The notes: a model not told the origin generated them from the letters alone. Shown: positions 8,915 through 17,346, numbered from the stretch's first letter. The stretch is DNA of 32,000 nucleotides from an archaeon (GCA_024277355.1 JAJRVL010000004.1:150001-182000), one strand, 5' to 3'. Numbers and translations are program-made.

Positions 8915-9859
8915 ATGGTTGAAAAAGTTTTTTTAGTGGGCCCAAGAGGTTTTTGCGCAGGAGTTGAAAGAGCAATCAAAGTAGTTGAAGACTGCATTGA
9001 ATTATTCGGCAAACCTGTTTATGTAAAACATGAAATTGTCCACAACAAAAATGTAGTTAATGACTTAGAAAAAAAAGGCGCAATAACAATTGAAGATATA
9101 AATGAAGTTCCTGAAAATTCTGTTGTAGTTTTTTCTGCTCATGGTTCTCCTCCAAACCATTATGAAATTGCAAAAAAAAGAAACTTAAAATTAATTGATG
9201 CAACTTGTCCTTTAGTTACAAAAGTTCATTTAGAAGTAAAAAAATTTGCTAAAGATGGATTTAAAATAATTTATATCTGCCATAAAAACCATATTGAAGC
9301 AAAAGGAGTAATGGGAGAATTAAAAACAGGAATTTATCCTGTTGAAAGCATTAAAGATGTAGAAGAACTTGAATTAAACGGAAAAATAATTTATTTAAGC
9401 CAGACAACTTTAAGTGTAAATGAAACAAAAGAAATAATTGAAGCAATAAAAAAGAAATTTCCTAATATAACTAATCCTCCAAAAGAAGACATTTGTTATG
9501 CTACTACAAACAGGCAGGCTGCAGTAAAAGAATTAATTAAAAAAGTTGAATTAGTTTTAATTGTTGGTTCAAAAACTTCATCTAATTCTCAAAGATTAGT
9601 TGAAACAGCAGTCTCTGCAGGAAAAAAAGGTTTTTTAGTTGATTCAGTTGAAGACTTAAAAGAAGAATGGTTTAAAGAAATAAAAAATGTAGGAATAAGT
9701 GCTGGCGCAAGTTCTCCTGAAAAATTAGTTCAAGAAATCGTTGAATACTTTACAAAAAAAGGCGCAGAAAAAGAAGAATTAATTGTATTAGAAGAAAGAA
9801 TGAAATTTATTGAACCATTTGAATTAACTAAAATAAAAAAAGAAAAAACAGAAAACTAA
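8915..9859 (+). CDS. ispH: 4-hydroxy-3-methylbut-2-enyl diphosphate reductase (IspH/LytB)
   Basis: PRGFCAGVERAI, SAHGSPP, DATCPLVTKVH, CYATTNRQ and SSNSQRL are the three cluster cysteines and conserved IspH blocks. Confidence 0.9.
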   Translation: MVEKVFLVGPRGFCAGVERAIKVVEDCIELFGKPVYVKHEIVHNKNVVNDLEKKGAITIEDINEVPENSVVVFSAHGSPPNHYEIAKKRNLKLIDATCPLVTKVHLEVKKFAKDGFKIIYICHKNHIEAKGVMGELKTGIYPVESIKDVEELELNGKIIYLSQTTLSVNETKEIIEAIKKKFPNITNPPKEDICYATTNRQAAVKELIKKVELVLIVGSKTSSNSQRLVETAVSAGKKGFLVDSVEDLKEEWFKEIKNVGISAGASSPEKLVQEIVEYFTKKGAEKEELIVLEERMKFIEPFELTKIKKEKTEN

Positions 9860-10191
9860 TACTTGAATTTCCTGTCATATTCCTTGTGATTTAAATACTC
9901 TAAATAAATCAAAAATAAATCTATTTCCCTGCCTGTAATTGTATAAATCATTCTCCAGTAAGAATCAAGATTAAATTTCCATAAGTTTGTTAAGCCGTAT
10001 TTTTTAATATATTCTTTTGGCCATAATTTTCTTGGAACTTTTTTTCCTGCTTCTTTATCAGCTCTTAATTTAACTGTAGCTTTTATTATTAGTTTAAGCA
10101 AATAATTTGCTTCCTGATTTCCTTTTTCAGCTTTTCTTTTTAGCTTAATAAAATCTTTATTAAATTCCTTAGAATAACGAATTTCATGCAT
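9856..10191 (-). CDS. RelE/ParE-superfamily toxin-like protein
   Basis: The C-terminal pattern NLWKFNLDSYWRMIYTITGREIDLFLIYLEYLNHKEYDRKF resembles the RelE/StbE core (...R..YRviY.i....i.vl.i.hHk.Y). It overlaps the upstream small gene by 8 nt. Confidence 0.6.
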   Translation of the reverse strand: MHEIRYSKEFNKDFIKLKRKAEKGNQEANYLLKLIIKATVKLRADKEAGKKVPRKLWPKEYIKKYGLTNLWKFNLDSYWRMIYTITGREIDLFLIYLEYLNHKEYDRKFKY

Positions 10192-10459
10192 TAGCTGTTA
10201 CACTCTTCTCAATCAGTTTTTTAGCTGTGGAAGAGTCTGCAAAAACCCAGACTAATTTATCATCTTTTGTAAGAATTACTTTTCTTGAATCAATCAAATA
10301 ATCAATTACAATTTTATAAGTTTGATACATTATTTTTTTTGGAAGATTTTTCCATAATTCAGTTCTGGAAAGATAATTATCTGAATTTTTTAGTTTATTT
10401 TCAATCATTAACACTGTATCAAGCCTTGGATAATGCAAAACAGTAGTCCTAAGTTTCAT
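10184..10459 (-). CDS. Small protein co-transcribed with the RelE-like gene; putative antitoxin/DNA-binding partner
   Basis: 91 aa, 8-nt overlap with the downstream toxin-like gene, classic type II TA layout. I do not recognise the sequence as a known antitoxin family. Confidence 0.4.
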   Translation of the reverse strand: MKLRTTVLHYPRLDTVLMIENKLKNSDNYLSRTELWKNLPKKIMYQTYKIVIDYLIDSRKVILTKDDKLVWVFADSSTAKKLIEKSVTANA

Positions 10460-10550
10460 GCTATCATATAAACTTATATTATAACATTATTTAAGGTTTT
10501 TGCTTAAGTTAACTGAAAAACCAGAAAAAGAAATTAAAAAGAAGTAAAAA

Positions 10551-11156
10551 TTACTTCTTTGCGTTAAGGAAATTTTCATTTACTTTTTCCCAGTTAATTA
10601 CGCTGAAAAAAGCTTTAATGTAATCAGGACGCTTATTCTGGTATTTCAGGTAATAACTATGCTCCCATACATCTAATACAAGCAAAGGAATTTTTCCTTC
10701 AGTTAAAGGACTGTCTTGATTTTTTGTCTGCATTATTTCTAATTCGCCGTTATTTAATACAAGCCAGACCCATCCGCTTCCAAATAAAGTTGCAGCTGCA
10801 CTAGAAAATTCTTCCTTGAATTTTTCAAATGAACCAAATTTTTCTGTTATTGCTTCAGCTATTTCTCCTTTGAATTCAACATCTTTTTTTAGTATTGTCC
10901 AGAAAAAATTATGGTTAATTACTCCTCCGCCATTGTTTTTTACTGCAGTTCTTATTTTTTCTGGGAGAACATTAACTTCAACAATTAATTCCTTTAAAGT
11001 TTTTTCCTGTAATTCAGAATGATTTTCTAAAGCTTTATTTAATTTATTTACATAACCTTGATGGTGCTTTGAATGATGGATTTCCATTGTTTTTGCATCA
11101 ATAAAAGGCTCTAATGCATTATATTCAAATTCTAATTTTGGTAATTCATGTTTCAT
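10551..11156 (-). CDS. sod: Fe/Mn superoxide dismutase
   Basis: [16 protein letters not shown] and [18 protein letters not shown] carry the full Fe/Mn-SOD metal ligand set. Confidence 0.92.
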   Translation of the reverse strand: MKHELPKLEFEYNALEPFIDAKTMEIHHSKHHQGYVNKLNKALENHSELQEKTLKELIVEVNVLPEKIRTAVKNNGGGVINHNFFWTILKKDVEFKGEIAEAITEKFGSFEKFKEEFSSAAATLFGSGWVWLVLNNGELEIMQTKNQDSPLTEGKIPLLVLDVWEHSYYLKYQNKRPDYIKAFFSVINWEKVNENFLNAKK

Positions 11157-11168
11157 TTTTTCACTCTC

Positions 11169-11732
11169 CTAAATTTTTCCAACTAAGTTTAATCCAGGCT
11201 TTAAAGTTTTTTCTCCTTTATGCCAGTTCATTGGACAAACCTGTCCTTTATGTTCTTTAACAAATTTTGCTGCTTCAATTTTTCTCAGCAATTCAACAGT
11301 ACTTCTTCCAATACTGTTATCGTGAATTTCAAATGCTTTAAGAATTCCTTCAGAGTCAATAACAAAAGTTCCCCTTAAACTTAAGCCTTCTTCTTCAATA
11401 TAAGTTTCATAGTCTTTGCAGATTTTTCCTGTCGGGTCAGCTAACATTGGAAACTTAATTTTTTTTATTGTTTCAGAATTATCATGCCATGCTTTATGAA
11501 CAAATTCAGTGTCAGTGCTGACACTTAAAATTTCTGCACCCAATTCCTTGAATTTTCCATAATTATCAGCTAAATCCCCTAATTCAGTAGGACAGACAAA
11601 AGTAAAGTCAGCTGGATAAAAAAACAAAACAACCCATTTTCCTTTAAAGTCAGATAAACTGACTGTTTTTACTTCATCATTATGGAAAGCTTTAGTTGAG
11701 AACTCTGGTGCTTTTTCATTTATTTTAATCAT
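11169..11732 (-). CDS. ahpC: Typical 2-Cys peroxiredoxin (AhpC/Prx1 type)
   Basis: FYPADFTFVCPTEL (peroxidatic Cys) and GQVCPMNW (resolving Cys). Confidence 0.92.
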   Translation of the reverse strand: MIKINEKAPEFSTKAFHNDEVKTVSLSDFKGKWVVLFFYPADFTFVCPTELGDLADNYGKFKELGAEILSVSTDTEFVHKAWHDNSETIKKIKFPMLADPTGKICKDYETYIEEEGLSLRGTFVIDSEGILKAFEIHDNSIGRSTVELLRKIEAAKFVKEHKGQVCPMNWHKGEKTLKPGLNLVGKI

Positions 11733-11736
11733 ATTT

Positions 11737-12126
11737 TCACTTCCTTTTTTTTAAACAGTTATTGCATAAACCATAAAAAATTACATTAACAGAATCTGCC
11801 TTGAATTTGCCTGACCTAAAATTATCCAAAAGATTTTTAGGAAATTTCTTGTCAACATATTCAGTTATAGAAAAACATTCCCTGCAGACGCAATGTTCAT
11901 GCAAAGAACAATCTGCATCAAACCTAAATTCTCCATTAATTTCAAGTTTTGAAATACTTTTATTTTCTGCTAATTTATTTAAATTACGGTAAACTGTAGC
12001 TAAAGTAATTGAAGGAATTTCTTTTTTTACTTCATTAAAAACCATTTCAGCAGTTGGATGAGTATTAACTTTAGATAAATATTCAAAAACTTTAGTCATC
12101 TGAACGGTTTTTCTTGCTTCAGCCAC
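11737..12126 (-). CDS. Fur-family transcriptional regulator (PerR-like by context)
   Basis: N-terminal wHTH (THPTAEMVFNEVKKEIPSITLATVYRNL), HEHCVCRECFS...CNNC structural-zinc CxxC pairs. It is the first gene of the operon with ahpC and sod. Confidence 0.8.
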   Translation of the reverse strand: MAEARKTVQMTKVFEYLSKVNTHPTAEMVFNEVKKEIPSITLATVYRNLNKLAENKSISKLEINGEFRFDADCSLHEHCVCRECFSITEYVDKKFPKNLLDNFRSGKFKADSVNVIFYGLCNNCLKKRK

Positions 12127-12154
12127 AAAATCACTATTAATAACTAATATTATT

Positions 12155-12169
12155 TAATAACAATTATTA
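12155..12169. promoter_or_regulatory. Candidate Fur/PerR-type operator (inverted repeat TAATAA-caa-TTATTA)
   Basis: Perfect 6-bp arms with a 3-nt spacer in the perR/Dx-like divergent intergenic region. The AT-only palindrome is similar in style to 7-1-7 Fur-family boxes, and a chance occurrence is plausible in AT-rich DNA. Confidence 0.3.
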
Positions 12170-12219
12170 TTTAAATCTTTTGTTTGTTTTATTTCTTATT
12201 AATTCAGGAGAGTGGTATT

Positions 12220-12387
12220 ATGGCTGTATTAAAATGTGATTCATGTGAATCAAAAGTTGAATCAAATAGATGTTGTGATAAACCAATGGAATTGGAAGGA
12301 AATACTTTGAAGTGTAATTCCTGCGGTAAAACAGTTGAAGTAAATCATTGCTGTGGAAATCCAATGCATGAACACAAAGATGAATAA
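12220..12387 (+). CDS. 55-aa tandem desulforedoxin-like (2 x CxxC-x8-CC) metal-binding mini-protein
   Basis: MAVLKCDSCESKVESNRCCDKPMELEGNTLKCNSCGKTVEVNHCCGNPMHEHKDE is an internal duplication. Each half matches the Dx / desulfoferrodoxin N-domain pattern KC..CG..VEV...CCG.PM. An SD-like 'aggagag' lies 9 nt upstream of the ATG at 12220. Confidence 0.55.
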   Translation: MAVLKCDSCESKVESNRCCDKPMELEGNTLKCNSCGKTVEVNHCCGNPMHEHKDE

Positions 12388-12432
12388 AATAAACAAATAA
12401 TTAAATAAAAAAAAGGCAATAAATAAAATAAT

Positions 12433-13500
12433 TCAGTATTCAGGATAAGCAGTAATCATTAAATCTGATTCAATTAATTCAACTGAAATTCCGGTTAATT
12501 TTACTGCTTTGTTTATTTTTTTTGTTTTTAAATCTCCAAAAACAGGAATTCCTTTTCCTAAAATTTTTGGTGCAATAAAAAAAACAAATTTATCTATTAG
12601 TTTTTGTTTTAAGAACGAAGTATAAATTTTTGAACCGCCTTCAATTAAAACACTTGAAATTCCTTTTTTTCCTAAAATTTTCATTAAATCATTTAAATTA
12701 ACTAAATTATTTTTTTCTTTTAATTTAATTGCTTTTTTATTTTTTATTTTTAATTCAATTATTTTTCCTTTAAATTTTTTTTCTTTAAACAATTTTTTGT
12801 TTGTTGTTGCAATTAAAAAGTTTTCATCTGCAAAAACATTTAGTTTTGATGACAGTTTTTTTCCTGCAACAATTATTCTTAAAGGATTTCTTCCGTTTTT
12901 TATTCTTGAAGTTAATTTTGGGTTGTCTTTTATTACAGTGTTTTCTCCAACTAAAATTGCATCAACTTTATTTCTTATTTCGTGAACTTTTTTTCTTGAT
13001 TTTTTATTTGAAATCCATTTTGAATTAAATGATTGAGAAGCAATTTTGCCGTCTAATGTCATTGCAGTTTTTAAGATTACATAAGGTTTTTTTGTTTTCT
13101 GAAATTTAATAAATGCTTTATTTATTTTTTCTGCTTGTTTTTTCAGTAAACCTGTTTTTACGTTGATTCCTGCTTTTTTTAGTTTTTTTATTCCTTTTCC
13201 GTTAACTAATTTGTTTGGGTCTTTTAATGCAATAAATACTTTTTTTATTTTTGAATTAATTATTGCATTAACACAAGGAGGCGTTTTGCCATAATGACTG
13301 CATGGTTCTAATGAAACATATAATTCTGCGTTTTTTGCTTTTTTTCCTGCTTTTTGTAATGCATTAATTTCTGCGTGTTTTTCTCCGAATTTTTTGTGGA
13401 ATCCTTTAGAAATAATTTTATTGTTTTTTACTATTATGCATCCGACAAAAGGATTAGGAGAAGGATTTCCTTTCAAAGAAATGTCTAATGCTTTCTGCAT
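12433..13500 (-). CDS. ribD: Bifunctional riboflavin biosynthesis deaminase/reductase RibD
   Basis: CMP/dCMP deaminase zinc motif HAEINAL...PCSHYGKTPPC, then the reductase domain TLDGKIA...LVGENTV...EGGSKIYTSFL. Start set at MQKALDISLKG (13500). The 29 upstream ORF-track codons look non-coding. Confidence 0.88.
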   Translation of the reverse strand: MQKALDISLKGNPSPNPFVGCIIVKNNKIISKGFHKKFGEKHAEINALQKAGKKAKNAELYVSLEPCSHYGKTPPCVNAIINSKIKKVFIALKDPNKLVNGKGIKKLKKAGINVKTGLLKKQAEKINKAFIKFQKTKKPYVILKTAMTLDGKIASQSFNSKWISNKKSRKKVHEIRNKVDAILVGENTVIKDNPKLTSRIKNGRNPLRIIVAGKKLSSKLNVFADENFLIATTNKKLFKEKKFKGKIIELKIKNKKAIKLKEKNNLVNLNDLMKILGKKGISSVLIEGGSKIYTSFLKQKLIDKFVFFIAPKILGKGIPVFGDLKTKKINKAVKLTGISVELIESDLMITAYPEY

Positions 13501-13667
13501 AAACTTTTTTTCAGAAAAAAACTTTACCAAAAAACAACACCCTGCATTTTTTTTTCTTTCATTATAGAAAATAATAATTGCAATCAAATAAAAAAACTAT
13601 TTTTTCACTGTATTGAACTTAAATTCCCTTCTAAAAAACCCCTAAACAACTTACAAAACAAAAAAAA

Positions 13668-13699
13668 TATTTAAATTGAATGCAACGACAAAAAACGAA
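13668..13699. repeat. Recurrent intergenic motif, copy A (tatttaaaTtgaatgcaacgacaaaaaacgaa)
   Basis: 24/25 identical to 21901..21925. Its 3' 15-mer acgacaaaaaacgaa (13685..13699) is identical to 22323..22337. Confidence 0.8.
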
Positions 13700-13701
13700 G
13701 A

Positions 13702-13998
13702 TTAGTCTGCACAAAGCATTCTTTCTGAAGAATTTATTACTTGTCCTTCACTATCTAAAAAAATAGAAACTTTATCTATTTTGCAGCCAATCCACCCGCC
13801 CTCTCTAGTAAAATCCACTCTAAATTTTTCAAAATCTTCCTTAGTTAATGAGGGTTCTCCAAATTCACCAGAATCAGAATAGTTTTCTTCAAAATATTTT
13901 TCTGCATTTTTAATTATTTTATTGTTATTACTACTATTTTCAGTACATCCTAAAAACAAAATAATAACTAAAGTTAGAATAAATAAAATTTTTTTCAT
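13702..13998 (-). CDS. Small lipoprotein, function unknown
   Basis: Signal peptide plus lipobox MKKILFILTLVIILFLGC, 98 aa. Confidence 0.6.
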   Translation of the reverse strand: MKKILFILTLVIILFLGCTENSSNNNKIIKNAEKYFEENYSDSGEFGEPSLTKEDFEKFRVDFTREGGWIGCKIDKVSIFLDSEGQVINSSERMLCAD

Positions 13999-14061
13999 TT
14001 TAGAATTATTACTTCTTTCTTATTTATAATATTATTTCTTCGTCAAAACCAAAAACTAAGA

Positions 14062-14069
14062 TTTAAATA
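14062..14069 (+). promoter_or_regulatory. Archaeal TATA box (tttaaata) for the Yip1-like gene; leaderless layout
   Basis: TATA preceded by a purine-rich BRE-like 'ctaaga'. The ATG at 14095 lies about 26 nt downstream. Confidence 0.45.
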
Positions 14070-14094
14070 TTAGTTTTATCTTTATTTGAACAAC

Positions 14095-15156
14095 ATGAAT
14101 TTAGATTTTATTTCAACTTGGTTTAATGTTTTAGTTAAACCTAAAGAAACTTTTGAGAAAGAGAAGGTTAACTCTTCATATTATGAGGGATTAAAAAATT
14201 TTGCAATTGGCTTAATCATTTACGCTTTTTTATCAGCCTTTTTTACTGCTTTTTTTTCAACCCAGAGTGTCCATTCGGGATTTAGTCTCCAGAGCATTGT
14301 TAATGAACTAATTTTAGCAGTTTTATTTCTTATCCCTTTTCTTTTAGTTTATTATGTTATTTTTTATATTCTAAATGCTATCTGCAACGGCTCAGCTACA
14401 TTCAAAGAAATATTTTATCTGTCTAGTTTATTTTTTGCCCCTTTCATTATATTAAACGCAGTAATGAATTATGCATTAGGCTTTTTTTCTTTGAACATAT
14501 TTTATTATATGGGTTATTCTGGTTATGGGTTAGGACTAGCTACTTTGTTTTTTATTATGTGGTCAATTTATCTGACTTCAAAAATAATTTTCAGTGTCTT
14601 TGAATCAAAAATGAAAAATAATATTATAAAAGCAATAACCGAAATTATTGTTTTTGTAATAAGCATTTTTGCTGTAATCTTTATAGTACTTAATCTACTA
14701 ACTGTTATACTTTTTATTCCTTTAAAACAAGATTACAGCAGTTTCCAGGAAATTAAATATTCAGGACAATTAAAAGATAAAAACATTGAAATTTTTTATG
14801 GGAAAGGAGTAATGTTTACAGGCTGGGGTTATTCATATGAATTCGCTAATGATGGAACACTAATTTTTAAAACAAATGAAAGCCGTTTTGAACAAAAAAC
14901 AGAACAATTTAAGATGGATAGAGAAAAACTTGAAAATTTAGCATTCCAGATACAACATTTAGATTTTTTTACCCTTAAAGATGATTATGACTGTCGAAAG
15001 GACCCATCAATTAAGACGTCATGCTTTACTGATTCACAGAGTGTAACAATAAGATTAACAATAGGAGACAAAACTAAATCAGTTTATGAATATGACAATT
15101 CAGGACCAATAGAATTAAGACACATAGAAAATTTAATTAAAGACTGGAACAATTGA
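14095..15156 (+). CDS. Yip1-domain-like polytopic membrane protein with a C-terminal soluble domain
   Basis: The N-terminus FISTWFNVLVKPKETFEKEK followed by about 5-6 hydrophobic helices is typical of the Yip1/DUF1282 family. The roughly 145-aa C-terminal domain is unrecognised. Start set at the ATG at 14095 rather than the TTG at 14086. Confidence 0.55.
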   Translation: MNLDFISTWFNVLVKPKETFEKEKVNSSYYEGLKNFAIGLIIYAFLSAFFTAFFSTQSVHSGFSLQSIVNELILAVLFLIPFLLVYYVIFYILNAICNGSATFKEIFYLSSLFFAPFIILNAVMNYALGFFSLNIFYYMGYSGYGLGLATLFFIMWSIYLTSKIIFSVFESKMKNNIIKAITEIIVFVISIFAVIFIVLNLLTVILFIPLKQDYSSFQEIKYSGQLKDKNIEIFYGKGVMFTGWGYSYEFANDGTLIFKTNESRFEQKTEQFKMDREKLENLAFQIQHLDFFTLKDDYDCRKDPSIKTSCFTDSQSVTIRLTIGDKTKSVYEYDNSGPIELRHIENLIKDWNN

Positions 15157-15174
15157 AGAAATAAAAGTTTCAAT

Positions 15175-16401
15175 TTAAAGCAAATGCCCCATTTTTGTTT
15201 TTTTTGTTTTAAAATAGTCTGCTGCATAAACTGAAGGAATAACTTTTAATGGAATTCTTTTTGAAACTTTTATTCCATTTGATTCAAGAGAAGAAATTTT
15301 TTCAGGATTATTAGTCATTAATTTAACTTTTTTTACTTTAAATTTTTTTAAAATTTCTGCGGCAACAGAAAAATCCCTTAAATCAGTTTTATAACCTAAA
15401 GCATTATTTGCTTCAACTGTATCAAAACCTTTTTCCTGCAGACTATAAGCTTTAATTTTTTCAGTTAAACCAATGCCTCTTCCTTCCTGAAACAAATAAA
15501 TAATTATTCCTTTTCCTTCTTCATTTATTTTTTTCATTGCAGTATTTAATTGTATTCCGCAATCGCATTTCAAAGAATGAAAAGTTTCACCAGTAATACA
15601 GCTTGAATGAATTCTAACTAAAACTTCCTGTTCTTTAATAATTCCTTTAACTAAAGCTAAATGAACTGAATTATCTTTAGAAAAAGAAAAAGCAGTTACA
15701 TTAAATTCACCAAAATTAGTCGGAACATTAGCTGAAGCCAAAAATTCAACTGAACTTTTATTTAATTTTAATTTTTTATTTAACTTAATTTTTTCAGGGT
15801 TTTTTTTAATAAATTCAACTAACTGATTAACAGAAATAATTTTGATTTCATGTTCAATAGAAAAATCTTTAATTTGTTCAAGAGATTTAACGCTTCCATC
15901 TTTATTCATTAATTCTCCAATTACTCCGGCTGGAAATAAACCTGACAATCTGCATAAGTCAACCGCAGATTCCGTGTGGCCGTTTCTTTCAAGGACTCCG
16001 CCTTGCTTTGAATACAAAGGAAAAATATGGCCGGGCATGCCAAAATCTTTTTTTGTTGAAGCAGGATTAATTAAAGCTTTAATTGTTTCAGTTCTGTCTT
16101 TAGCTGAAATACCAGAACCAACTTTTTGTATTGCATCAACTGAAACAGAAAAACTTGTATCAAAATTATCTGAATTATTTACAGTCATTCTTGGAATTCC
16201 TAATTCATTTAACCTTGATTCAGTCATTGGAACACAAATTATTCCTGATGAATGTTCAATCAAAAAAGCCATTTGTTTTACAGAAATTTTTTCAGCAGGA
16301 ATAAATAAGTCTCCTTCGTTTTCCCTGTCATTATCATCAACAACAATAACAAAATTTCCTTTTTTTATTTCAATTAAAATTTCAGGAACAGAAGAAAACA
16401 C
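15175..16401 (-). CDS. ribBA: Bifunctional 3,4-dihydroxy-2-butanone-4-phosphate synthase / GTP cyclohydrolase II
   Basis: The RibB half has DDNDRENEGDL and RNGHTESAVDL. The RibA half has HSSCITGETFHSLKCDCG and EGRGIGL. The GTG start overlaps the ribH TAG stop by 1 nt. Confidence 0.92.
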   Translation of the reverse strand: MFSSVPEILIEIKKGNFVIVVDDNDRENEGDLFIPAEKISVKQMAFLIEHSSGIICVPMTESRLNELGIPRMTVNNSDNFDTSFSVSVDAIQKVGSGISAKDRTETIKALINPASTKKDFGMPGHIFPLYSKQGGVLERNGHTESAVDLCRLSGLFPAGVIGELMNKDGSVKSLEQIKDFSIEHEIKIISVNQLVEFIKKNPEKIKLNKKLKLNKSSVEFLASANVPTNFGEFNVTAFSFSKDNSVHLALVKGIIKEQEVLVRIHSSCITGETFHSLKCDCGIQLNTAMKKINEEGKGIIIYLFQEGRGIGLTEKIKAYSLQEKGFDTVEANNALGYKTDLRDFSVAAEILKKFKVKKVKLMTNNPEKISSLESNGIKVSKRIPLKVIPSVYAADYFKTKKTKMGHLL

Positions 16402-16835
16402 TATAATTCCTCCATTAAATCAATTAATTTTGAAACTGATTCAACTGCATGAACTGAAACAGAATTAATTCTTTTAACTGCAGTTTCTTTAGTCATTCTC
16501 GGCCCTGAAACTCCAAAAGCAACAGGTTTATTGAATTCCAAAGACAAAAAAGAAATTTTTTCTGCAGAAATAAAAGAAACTAATTTATCATGAGCAGTTT
16601 CCCCTTGAATAACACAACCTAAAACAACTATTCCTTGAATTTCTTTTTTTTCTAAAAGTTTTTTTACAATTAAAGGAAAATCAAATACTCCGGGAACAAA
16701 AACAGATTCAACTACATCTAAATTTAATTTTTTTGCTTTACTTAAAGCAGATTCAAGCATTTTTTCTGTTATCTCTTTATGGTATTCTGCGGTAACAAAA
16801 GCAATTTTTTTATTCATTCTTAATTTCACCTGCAT
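16401..16835 (-). CDS. ribH: 6,7-dimethyl-8-ribityllumazine synthase
   Basis: KIAFVTAEYHKEIT...VPGVFDFPL...VVLGCVIQGETAHD is the lumazine synthase core. An alternative start is MNKKIAFV at 16817. Confidence 0.85.
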   Translation of the reverse strand: MQVKLRMNKKIAFVTAEYHKEITEKMLESALSKAKKLNLDVVESVFVPGVFDFPLIVKKLLEKKEIQGIVVLGCVIQGETAHDKLVSFISAEKISFLSLEFNKPVAFGVSGPRMTKETAVKRINSVSVHAVESVSKLIDLMEEL

Positions 16836-17277
16836 TACTGAAACCCTGTCTTATTCCTTTTCCTGCTAAGTCAGATAAAGCAGTTTTTCCTTCCAGTAAT
16901 TTAACTGCATTAATTGCATGTTTTTTTGTTCTGTTTTCACTTATTTCAAATAATTGTTTTTCATTTTTTGCTTCATCTAAATGAACAAAAACTTCAAGAA
17001 TATGCTTGTTTGTCATTAACTGGACTGCCTGAATTCCTAAAGAAGCTTCATGAGAACAAGTTTTATCTATTTTTTCTTTTCCAGGCATGCCTAAAGCAAT
17101 AACTAAATCGCAGTTGAATTTTTCAAATAAAATTTTGCATGCAACAGGTAAATCTTTTATGCCTGGAACAGTATATCTTTCGGTGTCTCCTGAAAAATTT
17201 AATTCTTTTAACTGCTGTTCAGCAAAAGCAAACATATTAATTCTTGAAAACATTGTATCAGCTATTCCAATCTTCAT
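16810..17277 (-). CDS. ribC: Archaeal-type riboflavin synthase
   Basis: Close match to the remembered Methanocaldococcus MJ1184 pattern: IADTMFSR, TVPGIKDLPVACK, ALGMPGKEKIDKTCSHEASLG, LMTNKHILEVFVH, AGKGIRQGFSNAG. Confidence 0.88.
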   Translation of the reverse strand: MKIGIADTMFSRINMFAFAEQQLKELNFSGDTERYTVPGIKDLPVACKILFEKFNCDLVIALGMPGKEKIDKTCSHEASLGIQAVQLMTNKHILEVFVHLDEAKNEKQLFEISENRTKKHAINAVKLLEGKTALSDLAGKGIRQGFSNAGEIKNE

Positions 17278-17346
17278 TTACTCACCATAAATAAAAGAAA
17301 TAAATACTACTTAAAAATGTTTGGCTACCCAAAAACGAGTAGATAA

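Noticed and set aside
13501-13701. FMN (RFN) riboswitch upstream of ribD, and likewise at 17278..17346 upstream of ribC
   Set aside because: I could not find the conserved RFN blocks (GGAUAGUGAAAGC / GGUGAAAUUCC / CCGGCGGU-type GC-rich segments). The regions are AT-rich, and the second is too short (69 nt).
15842-16468. 208-aa ORF antisense to ribBA
   Set aside because: The opposite strand encodes a strongly conserved RibBA. The antisense translation is low-complexity (S/I/P-rich) with no recognisable motifs.
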